Below, piece after piece: positions 18,676 to 27,253 of a DNA stretch of 64,000 bases (positions are counted from its first letter, which is position 1; each line of letters begins with the position of its first letter). The notes beneath the pieces are model-generated. The model was given only the letters and a program-made list of their open reading frames with translations, had not been told where the DNA came from and searched no databases. A program made the translations under genes and the position numbers. Source of the DNA: an uncultured Bacillota bacterium (GTDB lineage: Bacteria; Bacillota; Dethiobacteria; DTU022; UBA8154); assembly GCA_937973635.1 (NCBI GenBank), contig CALJJZ010000044.1, positions 72 through 64,071 of the forward strand, read 5' to 3'.

Positions 18676-19094
18676 ATGAGCTTAATCGTGAGGGAGAAAC
18701 GAAACCCTTAATTAATCTGGCCGGCTTAATGCCAGTGGTCATTTTATTATTGATATTCGTAAAGCCATCAAAATTGAGTGCTTTTAAGCGTATCCAACAC
18801 CTTATTATATTTCTGTCAAAAGGTTGCACGCCCCAAACCAAAAATGCACACCCCTAACCTGGATAACCAGTTGGAAAGCTGGAAAGGCAAAGGTTAAACC
18901 TTAAAGAGCAATGCTCTGCATGTTGTAGGGAACGGCCCCTGTGCCGTTCCGCTGAACAATATCTTGCCAATTATGCGCAGAACTTAAGAATTAAGGGCCT
19001 AATAAATTTTGCACCCGGTGTGTGCATTCTTTTTGGCAGAAAGGTGTGCAAAAGGGGAAATCCGTCCTTTTTCTGCTGCCAAATTTAGCCCTGA

Positions 19095-19125
19095 AAGCAC
19101 GAAAAGCCCTTGCTGTAAGGGCTTC
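19095..19125 (-). terminator. Hairpin (AAGCCCTT-gctgt-AAGGGCTT) followed by a U-rich run on the minus strand, downstream of tRNA-Ala
   Basis: Eight-bp GC-rich stem followed on the minus strand by UUUUCGUGCUUUC. Confidence 0.5.
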
Positions 19126-19154
19126 CGCATTGTATCAAAATTTGAGTTTACATT

Positions 19155-19230
19155 TGGTGGACCCGAGGGGGCTCGAACCCCTGGCCTCCAGAGTGCGATT
19201 CTGGCGCTCTCCCAGCTGAGCTACGGGCCC
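19155..19230 (-). tRNA. tRNA-Ala (anticodon CGC)
   Basis: Reverse complement folds as a cloverleaf: GGGCCCGTAGCTCAGCTGGGAGAGCGCCAGAATCGCACTCTGGAGGCCAGGGGTTCGAGCCCCTCGGGTCCACCA. It has the G3:U70 Ala identity pair, GGTTCGA T-loop and an encoded CCA. Confidence 0.85.
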
Positions 19231-19361
19231 GCGTTGTTTGTCGGCAAGCCCTATTATAACAGGTACGGCTGAGGAAAACAACTAGGGCGAGCAAACAAAC
19301 AAAACAGGCCATTACCTTTTAGGTTAGGGGAAAGTGCCTGCATTTTATAAGTTTTATAAAA

Positions 19362-19697
19362 TTATGAAAGAATCAGCCTCAATAAGGCCATGCAGACGAC
19401 CCCGGCGATGACTGTAATGAACATATTCCGCGTGTAAACGGCCGCGGCGAAGGTGGGCAGGGCGGCCCAGAAATAGGGGTTTGGGGAAAGTTCAAGGGTA
19501 AAGCTGCCTTCGGGCAGCAGTAAAATCGGCCCCAGCAGGGCGGCCAGCACGGCCACGGGGACATAGGAGAGCCACCGCTCCACACTTAAGGGGAGCCTGC
19601 GCCGGGAGAGGAGCAACAGGGGAAGCAGGCGCGGCAGGTACGTGGCGGCGGCCATGGCCAGGATGAGGATAATGACGGCTTCATTTGTGTAGGTCAT
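19362..19697 (-). CDS. azlD: Branched-chain amino acid transport protein AzlD
   Basis: Small four-TM protein (YLPRLLPLLLLS... pattern) immediately downstream of azlC. Confidence 0.75.
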   Translation of the reverse strand: MTYTNEAVIILILAMAAATYLPRLLPLLLLSRRRLPLSVERWLSYVPVAVLAALLGPILLLPEGSFTLELSPNPYFWAALPTFAAAVYTRNMFITVIAGVVCMALLRLILS

Positions 19698-19703
19698 GAT
19701 CCC

Positions 19704-20489
19704 TTAGCCCTTTCCTTTAAATTTTAACTTTGGGGTGTCGGTGATTTTGTCCAGGAACAGACCTGCTGTAGCGGCAAACAGGGTGGAGATGACGATATAC
19801 CAGTGCCCGCCCAAAAATTTAAACAGCAATACAGAGGCTGCTACGGACAAGAAGGCGACGCAGATATACCTGAGCGTGGTAAGCTGAATAACCAGCAGAA
19901 AAATAAACATAGCTCCCAGGGTAAAATCCAGGCCCAGGGCCTCCAGGTCAGTGAGCAGGCTGCCGGTCCAGGCGCCGGCCAGGCTCCCCGCCACCCAGGA
20001 AAGATGGGCGGCCATATTGGTGGTAATTATTCTGAGGACGGGGGGGTCTTTTTCTTTGCTAAAATGCAGGCTGTGCAGGGCAAAAGTCTCGTCTGTAAGC
20101 TGATGGGCAAACAGGGCCTGCTGCAAACGGTTAAGGTGGCCGAGAAAGGGAGAGATGGCTGCGCTCATGAGCAGGTGGCGCAGGTTAACCAAGAAGGTGG
20201 TCAGGGCAATGGTTAGCACCGGCAGCTGTTCCCCGATCATGCTTACGGCGATAAATTGGGAAGAACCGGCAAAGACCAGTATGGACATAAGGGCTGTTTG
20301 CCCCGGGCTAAGATCCACCCCTGTTGCCATTACGCCGTAGGCAAAACCGATGGGGAAATAGCCCAGGCAAACAGGCAGGCTTATTTTTAACCCTCCGGCC
20401 AGATTTTTCCAGTTTAGGGAAGAAAAAAAAGTCATACCCTCGTCCTTTAGCATTGCTTTTAATGCTTTTAAGTAATATAAATCTTCCAC
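19704..20489 (-). CDS. azlC: Branched-chain amino acid permease AzlC
   Basis: LKISLPVCLGYFPIGFAYGV matches the AzlC N-terminal motif. Multi-TM profile. Confidence 0.8.
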   Translation of the reverse strand: MEDLYYLKALKAMLKDEGMTFFSSLNWKNLAGGLKISLPVCLGYFPIGFAYGVMATGVDLSPGQTALMSILVFAGSSQFIAVSMIGEQLPVLTIALTTFLVNLRHLLMSAAISPFLGHLNRLQQALFAHQLTDETFALHSLHFSKEKDPPVLRIITTNMAAHLSWVAGSLAGAWTGSLLTDLEALGLDFTLGAMFIFLLVIQLTTLRYICVAFLSVAASVLLFKFLGGHWYIVISTLFAATAGLFLDKITDTPKLKFKGKG

Positions 20490-20583
20490 TCCCCTTTCCG
20501 ATCTCCTTTAATTTTTTGCCCCATAAATTTTCTGTTTTTCCCGCCTGGGGAGTAACTTATTCTGTCTGTATGCGTTAGTCTTA

Positions 20584-21399
20584 TTGAGGAGTATTAATAT
20601 CCGGGCGGGAGGTAAGGTCTTGGTGCAGAAATGGTTAGTGCTCTTTGTTGCCCTTTTAATCTTTTTGGGGTGGGGGGGTGCTGTTGCCTGTGCCGAAAGC
20701 GAAGAGAGGCAGGTACGCGTCTTTTTTGATGGCGAAGAGATCTCCTTCCGCGTAGCGCCCCAGTTTCAAAATAACCGCCTGTTCGTGCCTGTGCGCCCCC
20801 TCCTGGAGGCTTTGGGCACACAGGTTTACTGGAACCAGGAGAAGAACACCCTTTCCACCACTGTGGAGGGAAAAAATATTGTGGTGCATTTAAAGCAATC
20901 CATGGTGGAGATTGTCGGTAATATGGTAGAGTCAGATACGCCGGTGGTTGTTGTGGGCGGGGCGACAATGCTGCCTCTGCGCAGTTTTTCCGAGCTGTTA
21001 GGCCTCAAAGTAAGGTGGGATGGGGAGAATAATATTGTGGAGATAGAAAGCGGCAGGTATGTCCCCTTTTTGCGGGTAAAAGATGACGACAACCTGCCGC
21101 TAGCTGTCCGCCAGTGGTTGGAAGTTTCCAAACCGGAGGAAGTCAATGCTGCCCTGGAACTGGAAGATTGCCTGTACATCCTCAGTTCCATGGGCTGGAA
21201 GCCGACCGCCGGTTACAGCGTGAAGATTAGAAGGATTGAACGTGAAAATTCTTCTTTCCGGGTTAACGTTGAGATCCGAGAGCCGTTACCCGGCCAGTTT
21301 GTTTTTCAGGTCATATCTTATCCCTATGATTTGGTCAGTCTGGACCTGAAAGCTGTGGGGAGGCCGTCTGCAATTAATTTCCAGCAGATTACCCGTTAA
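20584..21399 (+). CDS. Secreted protein with copper-amine-oxidase N-terminal-like (stalk) repeats
   Basis: Signal peptide followed by two Cu_amine_oxidN1-type repeats (FFDGEEISF...RLFVPVRPLLEALG; VVVGGATMLPLRSFSELLGLKV). Confidence 0.6.
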   Translation: MRSINIRAGGKVLVQKWLVLFVALLIFLGWGGAVACAESEERQVRVFFDGEEISFRVAPQFQNNRLFVPVRPLLEALGTQVYWNQEKNTLSTTVEGKNIVVHLKQSMVEIVGNMVESDTPVVVVGGATMLPLRSFSELLGLKVRWDGENNIVEIESGRYVPFLRVKDDDNLPLAVRQWLEVSKPEEVNAALELEDCLYILSSMGWKPTAGYSVKIRRIERENSSFRVNVEIREPLPGQFVFQVISYPYDLVSLDLKAVGRPSAINFQQITR

Positions 21400-21512
21400 C
21401 TTTTAGCTTTTCCTTCGTTTTCTTTAAGCTAACAATATAACAACCGGGGCGTTAACCGGTTTTTTTGTTCTGTTTTTTGCTTTACCGGCATTGCCTCACA
21501 GCATGGGGGAAG

Positions 21513-22499
21513 TTAATTGTTGTCCAGTTCTTCCAATTTGCCGAAGACCAGCAACAGCCCCTCCTCATCCAGCCCGGCGGTGATCGTAAGCACGGAGTCT
21601 GCCACCACGGCCCGGAGCATTTTCTGGCCGTTTAAGGGGAAAAGCTCATACTCCAATTTACTTTGCTCTAAGGCAGCTTTTGGCTGTTCACCGGCCGGCA
21701 CCTGCGCTTCCTCTTTTTCCTCCGTAATTTCTGCTTCAAAGAAGTCCTGCTGCACAGTCAAGAGGTCGCCGCTGTCGTTGCTAAATTCCTGGCGTACGCC
21801 TAAAAGAGACGCATCTGTTTTATGGATGGTCCCTTCCTTGAAGGTATATCCTTCCGGCGGGACGGCGAGGTAGAAGATTTTTCCGCGGATAAGCCCTTTG
21901 CTTTCCTGCAGGCCAGCGCGGTACGCATTTAAAGAATCATAGTTCGATATATTTGTTTCCTGGATCATGGCCCTTTGCCTCTGCAGTATGCCCATTTCCC
22001 CCACTTCATCCGGAAGTGTGTCTGCCCCTTCTTCTACCCTCTGGGGGGCAGCTGGTTCCGGGGCCTGGGTTATCTGCAAAGAAGCGGGGGCTTTTGCCGC
22101 CCCGGGCATGCCCTCGGCAAGCTTCGCATCTGCCTCTGCGCCCTCCCATTCCATCTTGGTGCCGGCTATTTTGCCTGTTCCCGGGAGCATACCGCCGATT
22201 GCTTCGCGCAGTGATTGGAACGGCGGCATGCCGCTGAGCAGCATTATACCCAGGATGCATGCTGCGGCCAGGGCTGAAAGGTTCTTGTACTTCCGTCCAA
22301 GGAGATAAACTATGCCCTTTTGCGGCGCTCCCACAACGGGTACAGCCTCGTCTGCGTGCAGCCCGTTTTCTCCGCGTTTTTCCAGCAACTGCTGGAAGTC
22401 TTCCCAGCAGCGGCCGGTGTCAGGGAGTTCAAGCCTGCGGGCTTCTTCCTGAAAGTAGTTGTGGAGCAGTTGGTCAAAATCGTCTTTTTTGCTGATCAT
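21513..22499 (-). CDS. Anti-sigma factor (single-pass membrane), cognate of the adjacent ECF sigma
   Basis: Cytoplasmic N-terminus, one TM (LSALAAACILGIMLLSG), and an extracytoplasmic C-terminal domain. Immediately downstream of the ECF sigma gene. Confidence 0.6.
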   Translation of the reverse strand: MISKKDDFDQLLHNYFQEEARRLELPDTGRCWEDFQQLLEKRGENGLHADEAVPVVGAPQKGIVYLLGRKYKNLSALAAACILGIMLLSGMPPFQSLREAIGGMLPGTGKIAGTKMEWEGAEADAKLAEGMPGAAKAPASLQITQAPEPAAPQRVEEGADTLPDEVGEMGILQRQRAMIQETNISNYDSLNAYRAGLQESKGLIRGKIFYLAVPPEGYTFKEGTIHKTDASLLGVRQEFSNDSGDLLTVQQDFFEAEITEEKEEAQVPAGEQPKAALEQSKLEYELFPLNGQKMLRAVVADSVLTITAGLDEEGLLLVFGKLEELDNN

Positions 22500-22533
22500 A
22501 AAATTTAATCACCTTAAAAAACCGGACTGGCGG

Positions 22534-23079
22534 TTAATATTCCAGCGGTAGTTTTCCTTTGTTTGTAGGACGCTTTTTCCTGCCCTGCGGTTGCAAAAGA
22601 AGGCGTACTTTGTCACGGGCCCGGAAGAGGCGGGATTTTACTGTTCCCGGTGGGGCGCCGATGAGGGAGGCTATTTCGTTAATGCTCATTTCGTTAAAAT
22701 ATTTTAAGACCAGGATTTTTCTTTCTTCAGGGTCCAGCAAAGCCAGCGCCTGCCTGACTTCCTGAATATTTTCTGTTTTTTCCCAGTTATCTCCCGGGTT
22801 GTCGCCGGGCGTTTCGCCTGCATAGCTCTCCATGTTGTCTGCCAGGAATACTCTTTTGCGCTTGCGCAGTTGATCCACGGCATAGTTGGAGGCGATGACG
22901 CTGATCCAGGAACCAAACTTTTGCCTGTCTTGCAGTTTATGCAGGCTGGCAAAGGCTTTGAAAAACGTCTCCTGGGCCACATCTTCAGCTGTCTGGTGAT
23001 CCCCCGTAATGAAAAAAGCGGTGCGATAAACCCGGGGGAAATGTTGCTGATAGAGTTTTTCCATCTCACTTGTATCCAT
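22534..23079 (-). CDS. ECF (sigma-70 family, group 4) RNA polymerase sigma factor
   Basis: Region 2 (LYQQHFPRVYRTAFFITGDHQTAEDVAQETFFKAF) and region 4 (EMSINEIASLIGAPPGTVKSRLFRARDKV). Start taken at MDTSEMEKLY. Confidence 0.8.
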   Translation of the reverse strand: MDTSEMEKLYQQHFPRVYRTAFFITGDHQTAEDVAQETFFKAFASLHKLQDRQKFGSWISVIASNYAVDQLRKRKRVFLADNMESYAGETPGDNPGDNWEKTENIQEVRQALALLDPEERKILVLKYFNEMSINEIASLIGAPPGTVKSRLFRARDKVRLLLQPQGRKKRPTNKGKLPLEY

Positions 23080-23216
23080 TAGCCAAGCCTGCCTTTTAAA
23101 ATTCATAATCATTTTAACATATTCCAGAGGCGTTGTTAATGGAATAACTTTTCTTTCCCTTGACAAGCCTTTCTTTTTTAATTTAAAATCGTGGTAGGCG
23201 CGAATATGAACTATAT

Positions 23217-23229
23217 TTCACATTGTGAA
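23217..23229. promoter_or_regulatory. Perfect palindrome TTCACATTGTGAA upstream of IclR gene 1 (candidate IclR operator)
   Basis: A 13-nt perfect inverted repeat. Related copies lie at 24247 and 25721. Confidence 0.5.
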
Positions 23230-23285
23230 GGCTGTTTTTTTATACCAGTACGGAGTGGGAAAGGCGTCTGCTCCAAAAGGAGAGT

Positions 23286-24161
23286 ATGGGTATGGAGAAA
23301 GGGGAAAAAGAACAGAAACTGAGGGGAGCTGGCGGTATTAAGCTGGAAGCAAAGCATGATTTTGATGCCAATGGAGAGGGCGAGGAGAGGGACGGCCGCT
23401 ACGTCCAATCTGTGGAAAGGGTCCTCAATATTCTTGAAGCCATGGCCAGCGTAGGCGGCCCTATTACTGTAACTGAACTGGCAGACCGGGTTAAACTCAA
23501 GATCAGTACCGTGCACCGCCTCCTCTCAACTTTATTGCACCGCGGGTACGTAGAACAGGAGGACGACAATAAATACAGATTGGGCCTGAAACTCATGGAG
23601 ATAGGCAATGCTGTCCTCTATTATTCCGATATCCGCACCGTGGCGAGGCCATATCTGGAAGAGCTTATGGAGCGCTGCAATGAAACAGTTAACCTGGCCA
23701 TCCTGGATGATGTGGACGTAGTTTATATTGATCAGGTTGAGTCTAAGAACCTGATCATCGTTAAAATGCTGGCTCAGGTGGGAAACCGCGGCCCGGTTCA
23801 CTGCACTTCTTCCGGCAAAGTACTCTTGGCTTTCCTTCCGGAAGACAAAAGGGAAGAGGTAATTTCCAGATTGGATTTGGTTAAATATACCAATGAAACC
23901 ATTACCGACCCGGATAATCTGCGCAAAGAATTAAAGCGGGTACGGGAAGACGGTTATGCCGTGGACTGGGGAGAGCGGGAGGAACACGTCCGTTGTATCG
24001 CTGCGCCCATTCTTAACCACGAGGGGCGTGCCATTGCCAGCGTGAGTATATCCGGCCCCAGCAACCGCATTACCACTTATTATATGAAAAATGAACTGGT
24101 TGACTTAATCCGACAGACGGCACGAAAAATTTCCCACAAAATGGGTTATAACGGCGCTTAG
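23286..24161 (+). CDS. IclR-family transcriptional regulator
   Basis: N-terminal HTH (VQSVERVLNILEAMA...ITVTELADRVKLKISTVHRLLSTL) and C-terminal IclR effector domain (GAV fold motifs). Confidence 0.85.
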   Translation: MGMEKGEKEQKLRGAGGIKLEAKHDFDANGEGEERDGRYVQSVERVLNILEAMASVGGPITVTELADRVKLKISTVHRLLSTLLHRGYVEQEDDNKYRLGLKLMEIGNAVLYYSDIRTVARPYLEELMERCNETVNLAILDDVDVVYIDQVESKNLIIVKMLAQVGNRGPVHCTSSGKVLLAFLPEDKREEVISRLDLVKYTNETITDPDNLRKELKRVREDGYAVDWGEREEHVRCIAAPILNHEGRAIASVSISGPSNRITTYYMKNELVDLIRQTARKISHKMGYNGA

Positions 24162-24246
24162 CCGTTTTTTTTTTTTGCCTTTTTTCATTTGCCGGAACCT
24201 TTGCCCTTGACAGTATAAATACCCCTGCATATAATTAAACCGTGCC

Positions 24247-24261
24247 TTCCACAATGTGAAA
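24247..24261. promoter_or_regulatory. Palindrome TTCCACAATGTGAAA in the gdh promoter region (candidate IclR operator)
   Basis: Near-perfect inverted repeat about 50 nt upstream of the gdh start. It is followed by a CATTTTCGC motif that also occurs upstream of the second IclR gene. Confidence 0.5.
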
Positions 24262-24309
24262 TCATTTTCGCGATGAGGAAAACAATTTTAAAAATTGGGG
24301 GGTTCCGCA

Positions 24310-25587
24310 ATGGAATTGTCGGGCGTATCGGTGGCGGGAGCTTGCGAGTTGAATCCTTTTGCCATGGCGCAGCAACAGTGTGATGATTGTGCCAATATCC
24401 TTAACATTGACCAGGGTGTGCGGGAAATTATCCGCGAACCAATGCAGGAGATACATGTTTCTATCCCTGTACGTATGGACGACGGTAGCATCAAGGTTTT
24501 TAAAGGGTTCAGGGTTATACATAACAATGCCCTGGGGCCGGCCAAAGGCGGCATCCGTTTTCATCCCGACGAAACGGCGGATACGGTAAGGGCCCTTGCC
24601 ACGTGGATGACCTGGAAGTGCGCCCTGGTGGAGCTGCCCCTGGGCGGCGGCAAAGGGGGCGTTGTCTGTAACCCCAAAGAGATGTCCCAGGGAGAGCTGG
24701 AACGGCTCAGCCGGGGCTATGTGGACCGGGTCTGGCAGGTAATCGGGCCGGATAAAGATATTCCCGCCCCCGATGTATATACAAACCCGCAAATTATGGC
24801 CTGGATGATGGATCAATATTCCAAAATAGCGGGGAAGAACCAGTTTGGTGTGATTACGGGCAAGCCGCTGCGCCTTGGCGGTTCTGCCGGGCGCCATGAC
24901 GCTACGGCCAGAGGCGGGCTCTATGTGCTGCGGGAAGCGGCCCGGGCCCGGGGCCTTAACCTGAAAGGCGCTACCATGGCGATACAGGGCTACGGCAATG
25001 CCGGCTCTTATGTGGCTTCCCTGGCGCAGGAGCTGTTTGGCTGCCGCATCGTGGCTGTAAGCGACAGCAAGGGTGCCGTATATAACAAAATGGGGCTGGA
25101 CCCCCAGCTTTTGAGCGAGCATAAATCCTTTACCGGCTCCGTCGTCGGCTTTCCCAAGTCCGACCCCCTGCAGCAGGCAGAGCTTTTGGAGCTGGACGTT
25201 GACGTGCTCTGCCCCTGTTCCCTGGAAGGCGTGATCAACGCCGGGAATGCAGAGCGCATCAAAGCCTCCATCGTTGCCGAATTTGCCAACGGTCCCACTA
25301 CGCCGGAGGCAGACGAAATCCTCTTTGCCCGCGATATTCACCTGCTCCCCGATTTTCTTTGCAATGCCGGCGGCGTAACCGTTTCTTATTTTGAAATGGT
25401 GCAGAATTTTAACATGTTTTACTGGGAAGAAAAAGAAGTATATGAGCGCCTGGACAGAAAGATGACGGCAGCTTACCACTCCGTGCTGGAGATGTCGAAA
25501 AAGTATGGGGTAAATATGCGGCGGGCTGCCTATATTCTTGCGGTGCGGCGGGTAGCCGAAGCCATGCAATTGCGCGGCTGGGTTTAG
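24310..25587 (+). CDS. gdh: Glutamate dehydrogenase (Glu/Leu/Phe/Val dehydrogenase family)
   Basis: Catalytic Lys motif KGGIRFHP, GGGKGG loop, and NAD(P)-binding Rossmann motif GYGNAGS. The long ORF on the opposite strand is antisense. Confidence 0.9.
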   Translation: MELSGVSVAGACELNPFAMAQQQCDDCANILNIDQGVREIIREPMQEIHVSIPVRMDDGSIKVFKGFRVIHNNALGPAKGGIRFHPDETADTVRALATWMTWKCALVELPLGGGKGGVVCNPKEMSQGELERLSRGYVDRVWQVIGPDKDIPAPDVYTNPQIMAWMMDQYSKIAGKNQFGVITGKPLRLGGSAGRHDATARGGLYVLREAARARGLNLKGATMAIQGYGNAGSYVASLAQELFGCRIVAVSDSKGAVYNKMGLDPQLLSEHKSFTGSVVGFPKSDPLQQAELLELDVDVLCPCSLEGVINAGNAERIKASIVAEFANGPTTPEADEILFARDIHLLPDFLCNAGGVTVSYFEMVQNFNMFYWEEKEVYERLDRKMTAAYHSVLEMSKKYGVNMRRAAYILAVRRVAEAMQLRGWV

Positions 25588-25658
25588 CTGCGGTTACGGC
25601 AACCTGCCGGCGGAAAAGTATAATTTATAATTAAATTAATCAGGAATACCTTTAACCA

Positions 25659-25712
25659 TACCATAAACCGGCTCGAGCCAGATCTCGAAGCCGGTTTATG
25701 GTTTTATTTTTA
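25659..25712 (+). terminator. Rho-independent terminator after gdh (ATACCATAAACCGGC...GCCGGTTTATGGT + T-run)
   Basis: Stem of about 13 bp followed by TTTTATTTTTAT. Confidence 0.7.
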
Positions 25713-25720
25713 TGAATACA

Positions 25721-25737
25721 TTTCCACAATGTGAAAA
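25721..25737. promoter_or_regulatory. Palindrome TTTCCACAATGTGAAAA upstream of IclR gene 2 and the redox operon (candidate IclR operator)
   Basis: Third copy of the TTCACA-N-TGTGAA family. It lies 9 nt upstream of the promoter -35. Confidence 0.5.
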
Positions 25738-25745
25738 CATATCCC

Positions 25746-25775
25746 TTGACATAGCCGCTGTTCCGCCGTTATAAT
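25746..25775 (+). promoter_or_regulatory. Consensus sigma-A promoter TTGACA-18-TATAAT
   Basis: TTGACA at 25746-25751 and TATAAT at 25770-25775, upstream of the IclR-2 / NuoE-F-like operon. Confidence 0.6.
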
Positions 25776-25837
25776 CAGAAAAATAGAAAACATTTTCGCA
25801 TTGCGGAATATATTCTTTTAGGGGAGAGGTGTCAGCC

Positions 25838-26626
25838 ATGACGCAAATGGTGAAAAACCATGTGCGGGAGAAACCGGTACAATCGGTGGAACGGTCGCTG
25901 CGCATCCTTGAACTCATGGCGGAACGGGGGCAGCCTTTAAGCCTCAGCGATATCAGCCACCACCTCAAACTGAAGATAAGTACGGCCCACCGCCTGTTAA
26001 AAACCTTAATCATCTGCGGCTTTGCCCAGCAGGATCCTTATTCCGGAAAATACCTCCTCGGCATCAAGAATTTTACCATCGGTTACAACGCCCTGTACAG
26101 CCTTGATATCCGCAACGTTGCCCGCCCTTTCCTGCATCAGCTCGTAGCCAGGTACCACGAAACGGCGAGCCTCGGTATTCTGGATCAGGGCGATCTGATC
26201 TATATTGACCAGGTTGAATCGGAAAAAATGGTAAAGATGCTCGCCCGCCTGGGCAGCCGCCTGCCGGCCCATTCCCATGCGGTGGGCAAAGTGCTCTTGT
26301 CGGCCCTGAGCGAAACGGAACTGGAGCTGTTCCTGAAAAACAAAAAGCTGGAAAAGTTTACAGAAAACACCATTAACTCGGCAGAGCAATTAAAAAAAGA
26401 GCTGTACACGATCCGCAAGCAGTCCTATGCTCTGGATCTGGAAGAGACGGAGCTGGGAATCCGCTGTGTGGCCGCCCCTGTCTTTAACCACCTGGGCCAT
26501 GCCACGGCTGCAGTGGGCATATCAGCGCCAAGCAGCCGCGTCAGCTCCACATATCTTAACGAGTTGGCCGGCGCAGTAAAGCAAGCAGGTAAGGAAATAT
26601 CCATGCGCCTAGGTTATAAAGGGTAG
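25838..26626 (+). CDS. IclR-family transcriptional regulator (second)
   Basis: HTH (VQSVERSLRILELMAERGQPLSLSDISHHLKLKISTAHRLLKTL) plus IclR effector domain. A paralog of the 23286 gene. Confidence 0.85.
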   Translation: MTQMVKNHVREKPVQSVERSLRILELMAERGQPLSLSDISHHLKLKISTAHRLLKTLIICGFAQQDPYSGKYLLGIKNFTIGYNALYSLDIRNVARPFLHQLVARYHETASLGILDQGDLIYIDQVESEKMVKMLARLGSRLPAHSHAVGKVLLSALSETELELFLKNKKLEKFTENTINSAEQLKKELYTIRKQSYALDLEETELGIRCVAAPVFNHLGHATAAVGISAPSSRVSSTYLNELAGAVKQAGKEISMRLGYKG

Positions 26627-26662
26627 AAATCCGGTTTCCGACTAAAAAAGGAGGGAAAGAAG

Positions 26663-27229
26663 TTGGCCAAGGTAGCGGAGGAGTTAAAAAATGGACAGAA
26701 AGAGACGGCCGGCCAGAACAACGTATCCCTGGTGGCTTTATTGCAGGAGGTGCAGGAACGGTACAATTATCTCCCGGAAGACGTCTTAAGGGAGCTGGCC
26801 CGCGAGAAGAACCTTTCTCTTATGGAAATGTACAGTGTGGCTACTTTTTATAAGAGTTTTAGCCTGCAGCCACGGGGCAAACATAAGGTTGCAACCTGTT
26901 CTGGCACGGCCTGCCATGTCCGGGGCAGTGAAAAGGTTACGGAAGAGCTCTCCCGGGTGCTCGGCATCAAGCCCGGAGAAACGTCGCAGGACGGCGCATA
27001 CTCTCTGGAAACCGTCAACTGCCTGGGGGCGTGCGCCCTTGCCCCCCTGGTAGTGGTGGACGGGGAGTACCACGGCAATATGACAGCTGCTAGGGCTGCT
27101 GCTCTGATTAAAGAACATTTAAAGAAAAGCAGGGGTTTGTCTGCAGCAGAACTGGAGCAGGATGTGGAAAAGAAAGCCTGGGAAGGTTGTTCCTGTGCCA
27201 TACTGCTTGCCGGAAATGATAAAAAGTAA
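26663..27229 (+). CDS. NuoE/HydC-like thioredoxin-fold [2Fe-2S] subunit (24-kDa type)
   Basis: The CxxxxC...CxxxC motifs (ATCSGTACHVRG...CLGACALAPLV) and overall similarity to NADH dehydrogenase subunit E. Confidence 0.85.
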   Translation: MAKVAEELKNGQKETAGQNNVSLVALLQEVQERYNYLPEDVLRELAREKNLSLMEMYSVATFYKSFSLQPRGKHKVATCSGTACHVRGSEKVTEELSRVLGIKPGETSQDGAYSLETVNCLGACALAPLVVVDGEYHGNMTAARAAALIKEHLKKSRGLSAAELEQDVEKKAWEGCSCAILLAGNDKK

Positions 27230-27253
27230 CGGATCTGCCGGAGGGAGAAGATT

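Noticed and set aside
24262-25569. 435-aa ORF on the minus strand
   Set aside because: Exactly antisense to the well-supported glutamate dehydrogenase gene. High GC content generates long antisense ORFs. No recognisable domains.
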